A stretch of DNA of 64,000 nt from an uncultured Candidatus Binatia bacterium (lineage in GTDB: Bacteria; Desulfobacterota; Binatia; Bin18): NCBI GenBank assembly GCA_965214605.1, contig OZ243961.1:1216001-1280000 (forward strand), written 5' to 3'. Below are positions 40,514 through 48,133 of the stretch, piece after piece. Every line of letters starts with the position of its first letter. The stretch's first letter is position 1. Position numbers and translations under genes: made by a program. Below the pieces are notes generated by a model. The model had not been told where the DNA came from, searched no databases, and saw only the letters and a program-made list of their open reading frames with translations.

Positions 40514-40588
40514 CGCGCCCTGGAGGATTCGAACCTCCGACCTACAGATTCGTAGTCTGCCGCTCTATCCGGACTGAGCTAAGGGCGC
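40514..40588 (-). tRNA. tRNA-Arg(ACG)
   Basis: Reverse strand GCGCCCTTAGCTCAGTCCGGATAGAGCGGCAGACTACGAATCTGTAGGTCGGAGGTTCGAATCCTCCAGGGCGCG forms a cloverleaf with anticodon ACG. CCA is not encoded. Confidence 0.96.
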
Positions 40589-40767
40589 ATATACGGGGTG
40601 GGAGTAAAGATATCACGAATCGGAGCAAAAACGCTTGCTCGGGACGTGCTTTAAGCCCTCTCTCTGTATCATACACATATAATATTAACAAGCGCGGAGA
40701 GAAACGACCGCCCTGACTTGCAATCCAATCTTGCCACCACGCCGTGCGGTCACACGGCTCTGCGGGA

Positions 40768-40855
<88 letters not shown>

Positions 40856-40936
40856 ACAGCGTTGAGTTCGGGTTTGGCTTACAGGAATCCTACCGTTTTT
40901 GCCGGAACTGCGCAACGACTTTTTTCGTCTCAGGCC

Positions 40937-40972
40937 TTGACAAGTGAAATTGAAAATGATTTTCAATTTCAC
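40937..40972 (+). promoter_or_regulatory. TTGACA -35 element followed by a perfect Fur-box-like palindrome
   Basis: TTGACA at 40937-40942. GTGAAATTGAAAAT-G-ATTTTCAATTTCAC at 40944-40972 is a 14-1-14 inverted repeat with a TGAAAATGATTTTCA core. Confidence 0.85.
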
Positions 40973-40974
40973 CC

Positions 40975-41184
40975 ATGAGTATCCAAGATACATCTCCCCT
41001 CTCGGTCCATGTCCAAGAGAGCCGCTGCCGCTGTGGGAACCTGTTAGCACGACTGCGTCCAAACGGCGTAGAACTCAAATGTCGACGCTGTAAACGAATT
41101 GTGCTCATTCCATGGACTGCGGCCTCCCTGTGGCATGACAGGGCATTTGAGTGGCAGCAAACACAACAGGAAGGAGAGAACTGA
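40975..41184 (+). CDS. Small Cys4 finger protein resembling the phage Mu Com family
   Basis: RCRCGNLLARLRPNGVELKCRRCKR (CxC-x15-CxxC) matches the Com-like pattern RC..C.+LLA......IKCPRC. First gene after the Fur box. Confidence 0.72.
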   Translation: MSIQDTSPLSVHVQESRCRCGNLLARLRPNGVELKCRRCKRIVLIPWTAASLWHDRAFEWQQTQQEGEN

Positions 41185-41210
41185 ACCTAGTACACTGATG
41201 GAAACGATTC

Positions 41211-41247
41211 AGCATGCGAGAGGCCAGCGGTCCCACACCCAGAGCCC
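41211..41247 (+). repeat. Conserved leader motif, copy A
   Basis: AGCATGCGA-GAGGCCAGCGGTC-CC-ACACCCAGAGCCC. The 28-nt core (41220-41247) is 26/28 identical to 45977-46004. Confidence 0.85.
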
Positions 41248-41287
41248 TGTTATGATTCACCTCATATACGGAAGAAGGAGAGTTAAC

Positions 41288-42676
41288 ATGGCACGAAGGT
41301 TGGCTGTCGCCCTAGCAATAATACTCGGCGGCATAATAGGGGCTCCTCAGAAGGTCGAGGCGGTCGATAGCGCTCGCATCCAACAGCTTGAACAGCAAAT
41401 GAGAGCGATGCAACAAGAATTGACGGCTCTTAAAGCCGAGCAAAAAGAGGAACAGGAAGAGGCAGATCGGCGCACCAATTTGCTGGCCGAGGAGTTTGAA
41501 AACCTCCGTACTCAGCTGACGATCCCCGAGGAGATTGAGCTCAAGAGTATGTATGGTTTGGGGCCCGCCGCCTCAAAAATCTATCAAATTGAGCGCGGGG
41601 TCTCAATCGGGGGCTATGGGGAAGCATTCTACCGCAAAGACGTCGGCGATAAAACATCAAGCGATATTGATACGGCAGATTTTCTACGTTTTGTCTTATA
41701 CACTGGCTACAAATTCAGCGATTGGCTTCTATTGAACGCAGAGTTGGAATTTGAACACGCCTCAACCAGCACAGGGGGCTCGGTCTCCGTCGAATTTGCC
41801 TATCTGGACTTCCTGCTCTCGGAGAAGCTCAATGTCCCGCTGAATGTCCGCATGGGAATGCTGCTGGTTCCTCTGGGGATTGTGAACGAGTTACACGAGC
41901 CGGTCTTCTTTAACGGGGTTGAGCGGCCAGAGCTGGAGCGCCGAATTATTCCTACGACCTGGCGGGAGAACGGCATTGGTATCTGGGGCGAGCTCCTTCC
42001 GGGGTTGGAGTACCGCCTCTATGCGGTCAACGGTCTGGACGGGGAAGACTTTAAGGACAACGGCTTTCGGAGTGGACGACAAAAGGGAGGCGAGGTTCGG
42101 GCCGAAGATATTGCCATAGCCGCGCGATTTGATTACCGCCTAGGACTAGGTGTGACCTTGGGAGCCTCGGTCTATCACGGCAATTCCGGCCAGGGCCGGG
42201 AGTTCACCATTCCCGACCCCACAGCGCCGGGGGGGGAGCGCCAAGACAAGCTGGACCTCAGCACCACGATTTGGGAGATACACGGCCTGTACAACCGGGC
42301 TGGACTGGAAATGCGCGGGCTGTTTGCCATGTCGTATCTGGGCGATGCCGCGGCGCTGTCGCGGGCCAAAAACAGGAATGTAGCTCAGAACATGTTGGGA
42401 GGTTATTTCGAGCTGGCCTACAACGTGCTGCCCTGGATCTTGCCGGGTACGGAAATGGCGCTGGCACCATTTCTGCGCTTCTCCTATCTGGATCTACAAC
42501 ACAAGATGCCGGCAGGCTTCAGTGCCATGGGCAATCGTACCTACCGCATCTGGACTCCAGGTCTGTCGTTTAAGCCACATCCACAAGTTATCCTGAAAGT
42601 AGACTATCGCAATTTCAACCCGCGACAGGGTCGCCGGGCTCAAGAGGTGAATTTTGGTGTGGGGTTTGTGTTCTAG
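41288..42676 (+). CDS. Outer-membrane porin (OprO/P-like) with N-terminal coiled coil
   Basis: Signal peptide, coiled coil (QQLEQQMRAMQQEL), IGGYGE, ELEFEH, VEFAYLDF, NELHEP and IIPTTWRE motifs, terminal Phe (GVGFVF). SD GAAGGAG. Confidence 0.82.
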   Translation: MARRLAVALAIILGGIIGAPQKVEAVDSARIQQLEQQMRAMQQELTALKAEQKEEQEEADRRTNLLAEEFENLRTQLTIPEEIELKSMYGLGPAASKIYQIERGVSIGGYGEAFYRKDVGDKTSSDIDTADFLRFVLYTGYKFSDWLLLNAELEFEHASTSTGGSVSVEFAYLDFLLSEKLNVPLNVRMGMLLVPLGIVNELHEPVFFNGVERPELERRIIPTTWRENGIGIWGELLPGLEYRLYAVNGLDGEDFKDNGFRSGRQKGGEVRAEDIAIAARFDYRLGLGVTLGASVYHGNSGQGREFTIPDPTAPGGERQDKLDLSTTIWEIHGLYNRAGLEMRGLFAMSYLGDAAALSRAKNRNVAQNMLGGYFELAYNVLPWILPGTEMALAPFLRFSYLDLQHKMPAGFSAMGNRTYRIWTPGLSFKPHPQVILKVDYRNFNPRQGRRAQEVNFGVGFVF

Positions 42677-43235
42677 CGTAGTCGGGCTGCTCGTGGGCGG
42701 GCTGGTGCTCGCCGCCCCCGCCCCCGCAGCGGCCACCGTCTTGTATGCCAAACGGGAAGCCCTGGCCGTGGCGTTTCCCGAGGCGGAGGTGGTCGAGCCG
42801 CAGAGTTTTTTTCTGACGGACGCCCAACGCGCGCGCGTCCAAACCCTGGCCCACGCCCCGCTGGCGGCCAAGGTGGTGACCTTCTACGTCGGCCGCGCCG
42901 GAGAGCGGGTGCTGGGCTATGGGTTTATCGAGACCCTGATCGTGCGCACCCTGCCGGCGACCTTTCTGATTGTGGTCTCGCCGGCCGGGCAGGTGGCGCG
43001 GATCCTGACCCTGGCCTTCTATGAGCCGCTGGAGTACCGGCCGGCCCCGGGGTGGCTGGCGCAGTTTGGGGGGCGGGGGCTGCCGGCCGAGCTGCAGCGG
43101 CCCTGGGCGATTCACGGGATTGCGGGGGCGACACTGACGGCGCGGGGGGTCACGCGGGGGGTGCGCAAAGTGTTGGCGCTCTTTGAGGTGGTGCTCGGCC
43201 GGCCGGAGGGTGGGGAGCGCGCATGCGGTTTGTGA
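42654..43235 (+). CDS. Exported FMN-binding (flavinylation substrate) protein
   Basis: Signal peptide, LAFYEP.EY and WLAQF motifs, flavinylation-like motif HGIAGATLTA. Upstream of apbE. Confidence 0.75.
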   Translation: MVWGLCSSVVGLLVGGLVLAAPAPAAATVLYAKREALAVAFPEAEVVEPQSFFLTDAQRARVQTLAHAPLAAKVVTFYVGRAGERVLGYGFIETLIVRTLPATFLIVVSPAGQVARILTLAFYEPLEYRPAPGWLAQFGGRGLPAELQRPWAIHGIAGATLTARGVTRGVRKVLALFEVVLGRPEGGERACGL

Positions 43236-43795
43236 TCACGGGCGAGTGGTCCCACAATCGGCTCCTGCAACTGATCATCGTGCTGTTCGTGGTGTATGTG
43301 GCGGGGCTGTGGCTGACCAACGCGTTGCTGTATTTCCAGAAGATGAGTCTGAGCTACAGTTCGGTGACGGCGTACTACCTGGGGGCGGAGGAGCGGTTCC
43401 TGCTGCCGCGGACGTATCAGGGGATGCTGGAGGTGACGCACTTTCACCTGTTTGCGATGGGGTTGTTACTGCTGACGCTGACCCATCTGATGCTGTTCGT
43501 GCCGCTGGGGCCGCGGCTGAAGGCGGGGTGTATTGTGATTCCGTTTGGGGCGGCGCTGGTGGACGAGGGGAGTGGGTGGCTGGTGCGGTTTGTGCATCCG
43601 GGGTTTGCGTATCTGAAGATTGGGGGGTTTGTGCTGTTGGAGGTGAGTTTGGCGGCGTTGATAGGGCTGACCTTATGGACGGTGGTCGGGGGCTCGCAGC
43701 GGCAGTACCGCCGGGCGGGGGCGCCCCGGCCCCCGACGCCCGGGGCGGGGGCGTCCAGGCTTGCAGAGGGCCAAGGAGAAGACCCCCGAAGCTAG
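43223..43795 (+). CDS. Polytopic membrane protein with conserved His residues (possible cytochrome-b-like partner)
   Basis: About four hydrophobic helices with LEVTHFHLFAMG and LTHL. Translationally coupled between the FMN-binding gene and apbE. Confidence 0.65.
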   Translation: MRFVITGEWSHNRLLQLIIVLFVVYVAGLWLTNALLYFQKMSLSYSSVTAYYLGAEERFLLPRTYQGMLEVTHFHLFAMGLLLLTLTHLMLFVPLGPRLKAGCIVIPFGAALVDEGSGWLVRFVHPGFAYLKIGGFVLLEVSLAALIGLTLWTVVGGSQRQYRRAGAPRPPTPGAGASRLAEGQGEDPRS

Positions 43796-43799
43796 GACG

Positions 43800-44792
43800 A
43801 TGCTACGCTTGGTTATCTATGTCATGGGCTGTCTGCTCCTACTGAACCTGCCAAGTCCGGCCGCGCCCCTCTCATGTCTGAGCGATGGCCGCTATGTCAT
43901 GGGCACCGTCTTGGAGCTAACGCTGTGTGGAACCGATGCCGCCCATAATCGCCGCACCAGTGAGAGCCTGTTTCACACCGCAGTTCGTCTGGATAGGCTG
44001 CTGACAACCTATGCGCCCAACAGTCCGGTCAGCCGTCTCAACGCTACGGCTGGCCAAGGCCCTATGCCGGTTCCTGCCGAGGTCATGGACGCGCTGTCGG
44101 TGTCTATTCGTTACTGGGAACTGACCGGAGGTACGTTTGATATCACTGTTGGTCCGCTGATAGCGTTATGGGAAAATGCACCTCATCTGCCCTCCCCCGA
44201 AACGGTGCAGCAGACCCTCTCCCGGATAGGCAGCCATAAAATTGTCTTCTCTCCACAGGGCATGGTTGGCCTGGCTCACAAAGACATGACGCTCGACCTC
44301 GGAGGCATCGGCAAGGGCTTCGCCCTTGATCGTATGGTCAAGTTGCTCAAGGAGCAGCAGGTGACGCGCGCTCTGCTCGATTTTGGCCAAAGCACCCAGT
44401 GGGCCTTGGGAACACCGCCCAACGCAGAAGGCTGGCGACTGCTAGTACGCCTCCCGGACGGCACAAACGCAGGGGTTATCACCTTACAAAATCAGGCACT
44501 TTCGGTTTCAGGCAGTCTGGGCCACAGCTTTACTGTTGAGGGTCAATACTATGGACATGTGATTGACCCCCGTACCGGACAGCCCATTCAGCGCGATCTA
44601 CTAGCCTGCGTTGTCGCCACCAGCGCAACCCAGGCCGAAGCCTTGAGCACGGCATTTTTAATTCTCGGTGAATCAGAAGGGATAGCGCTTCTAGAGCGTT
44701 TGTCGGACGTAGAAGGAATGTTACTTGAAGCAAACGGGCAACGGTGGGAAACCACGGGCTGGCGGCAAGCGGTCGCCTTTGTTCCGTTTTAA
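43800..44792 (+). CDS. apbE: FAD:protein FMN transferase
   Basis: MGT, GTFDITVGPL, LDLGGIGKGFALD, SVSG, HVIDPRTG and AEALSTA motifs. Confidence 0.92.
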   Translation: MLRLVIYVMGCLLLLNLPSPAAPLSCLSDGRYVMGTVLELTLCGTDAAHNRRTSESLFHTAVRLDRLLTTYAPNSPVSRLNATAGQGPMPVPAEVMDALSVSIRYWELTGGTFDITVGPLIALWENAPHLPSPETVQQTLSRIGSHKIVFSPQGMVGLAHKDMTLDLGGIGKGFALDRMVKLLKEQQVTRALLDFGQSTQWALGTPPNAEGWRLLVRLPDGTNAGVITLQNQALSVSGSLGHSFTVEGQYYGHVIDPRTGQPIQRDLLACVVATSATQAEALSTAFLILGESEGIALLERLSDVEGMLLEANGQRWETTGWRQAVAFVPF

Positions 44793-44820
44793 GCGAAGTA
44801 TACGCGCGAAGGAGAAAAGC

Positions 44821-45132
44821 ATGTCAGACGGACAATTGCTAGGCACAGTTGAGACGGATGATGGGCATAGCCGTCTAGAGGTCGTCCTCAGCCCGAATGA
44901 TAAGGGGAAATCAGCGCTCGAACTACGTCGTCTGTCTTGGGGTAGAGGCGTAGGCTGGTATCGGCAGCATACACTCCGTCTTGATCCAACAGAAGCTGAG
45001 GTGCTGCTGCACACCTTGCGCACCAGCCGCCGTACCTGGCGCGAAGTCCGTCAAGCGCCTAGCGGTAATAAGGTCATCCCCTTTCCGACTGGGCAACACA
45101 AGCAGGAAGGACAACAGCGTCAGCTTGTATGA
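44821..45132 (+). CDS. Small hypothetical protein
   Basis: SD AAGGAG and ATG at 44821. Core sequence LELRRLSWGRGVGWYRQHTLRLDPTEA. Confidence 0.65.
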   Translation: MSDGQLLGTVETDDGHSRLEVVLSPNDKGKSALELRRLSWGRGVGWYRQHTLRLDPTEAEVLLHTLRTSRRTWREVRQAPSGNKVIPFPTGQHKQEGQQRQLV

Positions 45133-45232
45133 GGTTGGGTCGAGAACCGGGTCCGCAGGCGCAAAAACGGATGGTCTATTTTTCTGAGCCATCCGTTCAA
45201 ACGGCACGGCCCGAGGCGTGCATATCTAGCGC

Positions 45233-45694
45233 TTAGCTCACCCGCTGCAGATTAATTTCGCGCTCAAGTCCGCTTGTTTGTACCATGCCGAGATACATTT
45301 CCAGCCCTTCGATGTCTTCCTGTTCAGCCTCAATCTGGTTCTCCAGCATGACGCGCAGTGGAAGATTATCCTCGGCCAGCTCATGGGCCTCCATGTATGC
45401 TTGCAGAGCGGCCCGTTCGAGGTCCAGATCTTGGTTCAGCATCTCTTCGAGATCAATCGACTGGCGAATTGGCGCTCCCAACTCAACCGTCGGGATACCG
45501 CCCAGCACGACGATCTTTTGGCCAAATTTATGGGCATGCTCAAGAGCATTCTCACTCTGGTCGCTGAGGAAGCCCTCGTATTCCTTCCGCCACAACCCTC
45601 TCACCAACAGAGCGTGTTGTTTGTATTGCATGACCGCAGTATGTTCAAGAGCAACGGCTCTGTTAAGCGCCTCAATCACCTTTTGGGTATCCAT
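45233..45694 (-). CDS. Ferritin-like / bacterioferritin-family protein
   Basis: LNRAVALEHTAVMQY, EHAH, DLDLE..A..AY and EQED four-helix di-iron pattern. SD AAGGAG. Confidence 0.85.
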   Translation of the reverse strand: MDTQKVIEALNRAVALEHTAVMQYKQHALLVRGLWRKEYEGFLSDQSENALEHAHKFGQKIVVLGGIPTVELGAPIRQSIDLEEMLNQDLDLERAALQAYMEAHELAEDNLPLRVMLENQIEAEQEDIEGLEMYLGMVQTSGLEREINLQRVS

Positions 45695-45805
45695 TATGAA
45701 CTCCTTTCCGTGGAAGACATACAAAACGCTGTATAAATTTAAAATAAGAGTTTCGAGCCGTAATGTCAAGGCAACTTCTTTTCTAAGTTACTAATTTTAT
45801 TGAAT

Positions 45806-45914
45806 AAAATGATTTTGAAAATCATTTTCGATTAGAAGGAAAAGCGATTTTGAAAATCATTTTCGATTAGAGTACCTATTTTTGAACTGATATTGAAAAC
45901 CATTTTCATCTAGA
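45806..45914. promoter_or_regulatory. Three tandem Fur-box-like operators in the divergent promoter region
   Basis: GATTTTGAAAATCATTTTCGATTAGA occurs exactly at 45811-45836 and 45846-45871, with a degenerate third copy at 45889-45914. Palindrome AAAATGATTTT-G-AAAATCATTTT at 45806-45828. Confidence 0.85.
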
Positions 45915-45963
45915 ACCAGGAAGGAGAAAAACATGGTGTCATAATCCGTAGCTACCGCAACCA

Positions 45964-46036
45964 GAGCTGAGCATTCGAGGCCAGCGGTCATACACCCAGA
46001 GCCCGTGGAGATACCGTCTTCACGGGCTCTTTTTTT
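45964..46036 (+). terminator. Leader motif copy B overlapping an intrinsic terminator (attenuator-like)
   Basis: GAGCTGAGCATTC-GAGGCCAGCGGTC-AT-ACACCCAGAGCCC. Stem AGAGCCCGTGGAGA / TCTTCACGGGCTCT (45998-46030) followed by a T run. Confidence 0.85.
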
Positions 46037-46070
46037 GCCGTTTATCTTCTTAAGGGAGGAGGAAAAACAG

Positions 46071-46286
46071 ATGGAAAAGATTCAGGACAACGATACCGTC
46101 CTTTTTGTGAACCACCGTGGGCTTTCTACCCGGATCTGTCCACGCGGCAGTGTGGCCTTATGCATTGGTCATACGTGTGTCTCCCTACGCAAAACGGATT
46201 TTCTCGATCTTGCAGAAGTTATTACCGCCACTCAACAACATCTGCTCAAACATCGGAGCTTTGAGCACGATCAGACAAAGCATTGA
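46071..46286 (+). CDS. Small Cys/His-containing hypothetical protein (paralog of 50323-50526)
   Basis: Strong SD GGAGGAGG. Sequence ICPRGSVALCIGHTCVSLRKTDFLDLA. Confidence 0.65.
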   Translation: MEKIQDNDTVLFVNHRGLSTRICPRGSVALCIGHTCVSLRKTDFLDLAEVITATQQHLLKHRSFEHDQTKH

Positions 46287-46381
46287 GTCAGCCACAAGGG
46301 ATTCCCCCTCCACACCTGGCAGAGTTGGAGAAACGCTTGGGAACATATGGCTGGGGGGAAAGTCATAACCAGGAGATTAGT

Positions 46382-48016
46382 ATGAAAAAGGCAATCGTTT
46401 TTGGAGCACTATTTATCTCACTTTTCTTTACCTCTCTTCCCACGTTGGCAACAATTCGGGTCAACCTAGAAAACCCCGGCAATGGGACGAGCGTAAACGG
46501 AGTCACTGCTATTTCCGGCTGGGCCTTCAGCGATACACCAGGGACCGCGGTCAGCGTGTGGTTACGCCTCAACGGCAAAACCACTACTACCCAAATTCCC
46601 TGCTGTGGGTCGCGTTCTGATGTGCAGAACGCCTATTCAGCCGCCCCGCTCAACAGCAGCTTCGGCCTCCTGTGGAACTATGGAGACTTACCCTCAGGTG
46701 TCCACACCATAGGCGTCGAGGTCAGAGCCGAGGGTGAGAAGACAATGACGGTGGACAGCAGTGTCACTGTGGTCCGGCCAGCGGATGCTGCGTTTCTCAG
46801 TGCGCTGTCAATCGAAGATGCTACCGTCACAATAGACGACGACACGATCGTCATTACCGGAGCCGAAGCCACTCCCAACGTGGACCAAGCCATGTCAGTA
46901 AGCACAACACTGACCCTGGCCTATAGCACGGCCGCTCAGGCGTTCAGTATTATTCTCGCACAGGATGATCGTGGTCAGGCGCAGTCCCCCTACGATGCGT
47001 CGCCACTGCTGACTGATGTAGCCGAGGCTATTTTTGACACCTATAACGAACTGCATGAGCGGGCAGAGGATGTCCAGTCAGCCGTAATTAGCACCTTGAT
47101 GGCCGGAGACCGAGCCAGGATTATTGAGGGTCTGTCCAACGTCCATAGCGCCTGGCGGAATGCCCGTGTCCCTTGGGAACAGAGCGAAGCTTTTCTGTTT
47201 GGGCCAGTCAGTGATGACGAGCACGACCCCGCGCTGGACTCCTGGCCGCTTAATACGATCGACCTGGAAAACATCATCGCTTCCGACCGAGACATTGCCA
47301 GTCTGACTTTTGCAGATGACGTCAAAGGTTTCCACGCCCTGGAATACCTTCTGTTCCGTGACCAGGCCGGCAACACGGATCCAGCGTCGATTGTGACCTC
47401 TCTACTCAACGCAGACAGCCGTACTCCGTCCCGTAGACAGAGCTATGTACTGGCGGTGCTGACCGCATTGCTTAGCAACACCGAAACGCTCCGCGACGCT
47501 TGGGACCCTGAAGAGGGGAATTTTGTGTACCAGCTGGCTATGGCTGGCAAAGGCAGTACAGCCTACACCAGCCAAAAAGCCGCAGTACAAGAACTGGTCA
47601 ACGGTATGATCGGTATTGCCGATGAGGTGGCCAACGCCAAATTAGCTGTCCCGCTTAATGACCGCAGTACCGCAGAAGAAGAATCTCGCTTCAGCAATAA
47701 TTCCAGGCGTGACTTTATCGACAATCTGCGCAGTATCAACAACATCTATGAGGGCCGCTTTGACCAGACTGACAGCACCCCAATGGGTGTGACGGACTTT
47801 GTCACCAACCAAGACCCCGAACTGGACGGCCAGGTCCGGGCCGCGCTGCGAGATGCCATGGCGGCGGTCATCGCCATCCCTGAGCCCTTTGGCCAGAGCA
47901 TTATGGATGACGATGCCCGCACGACTGTCCAGGCAGCTGTGACTGCAGTACAGAACTTGCACGAGACCCTCGCAGCCATCCTCCCTGTTGTCGAGGCGGC
48001 TCGTTTTACCTCCTGA
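46382..48016 (+). CDS. Imelysin-family (IrpA-like) iron-regulated protein with an extra N-terminal beta domain
   Basis: Signal peptide, AWRNARVPWEQSEAFLFGPV, LDSWP, KGFHALEYLLF (HxxE), EVANAK and ESRFS.NS motifs. Confidence 0.88.
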   Translation: MKKAIVFGALFISLFFTSLPTLATIRVNLENPGNGTSVNGVTAISGWAFSDTPGTAVSVWLRLNGKTTTTQIPCCGSRSDVQNAYSAAPLNSSFGLLWNYGDLPSGVHTIGVEVRAEGEKTMTVDSSVTVVRPADAAFLSALSIEDATVTIDDDTIVITGAEATPNVDQAMSVSTTLTLAYSTAAQAFSIILAQDDRGQAQSPYDASPLLTDVAEAIFDTYNELHERAEDVQSAVISTLMAGDRARIIEGLSNVHSAWRNARVPWEQSEAFLFGPVSDDEHDPALDSWPLNTIDLENIIASDRDIASLTFADDVKGFHALEYLLFRDQAGNTDPASIVTSLLNADSRTPSRRQSYVLAVLTALLSNTETLRDAWDPEEGNFVYQLAMAGKGSTAYTSQKAAVQELVNGMIGIADEVANAKLAVPLNDRSTAEEESRFSNNSRRDFIDNLRSINNIYEGRFDQTDSTPMGVTDFVTNQDPELDGQVRAALRDAMAAVIAIPEPFGQSIMDDDARTTVQAAVTAVQNLHETLAAILPVVEAARFTS

Positions 48017-48133
48017 GCAGGTCTGGCACTCCTGTTATGACTGGATAGAGGAGAAACTACCCTGAGTGACTCATCACGGACAAAACATGCTCTCCTTCCA
48101 GCTAAGCCTCTTCAGTCGAAAGTGAGAAGAGCC

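Noticed and set aside
40975-41184. Com-like gene as evidence of a Mu-like prophage
   Set aside because: No mom or methylase, transposase, or structural phage gene is in the window. The context is iron uptake.
43183-43845. 220-aa Gly/Ala/Val-rich ORF
   Set aside because: Alternative frame of the membrane-protein gene, kept open by the G-rich codon bias.
45811-45914. 26-bp direct repeats considered as a mini CRISPR array
   Set aside because: The spacers are only 9 and 17 nt, there are no cas genes, and the repeats match the operator consensus.
45976-45985. Short resemblance of CGAGGCCAGC and CAGG...TCACGG to Pseudomonas PrrF sRNAs, as I remember them
   Set aside because: The matches are short, recalled from memory and split over different loci. 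Homology cannot be claimed without a covariance-model search.
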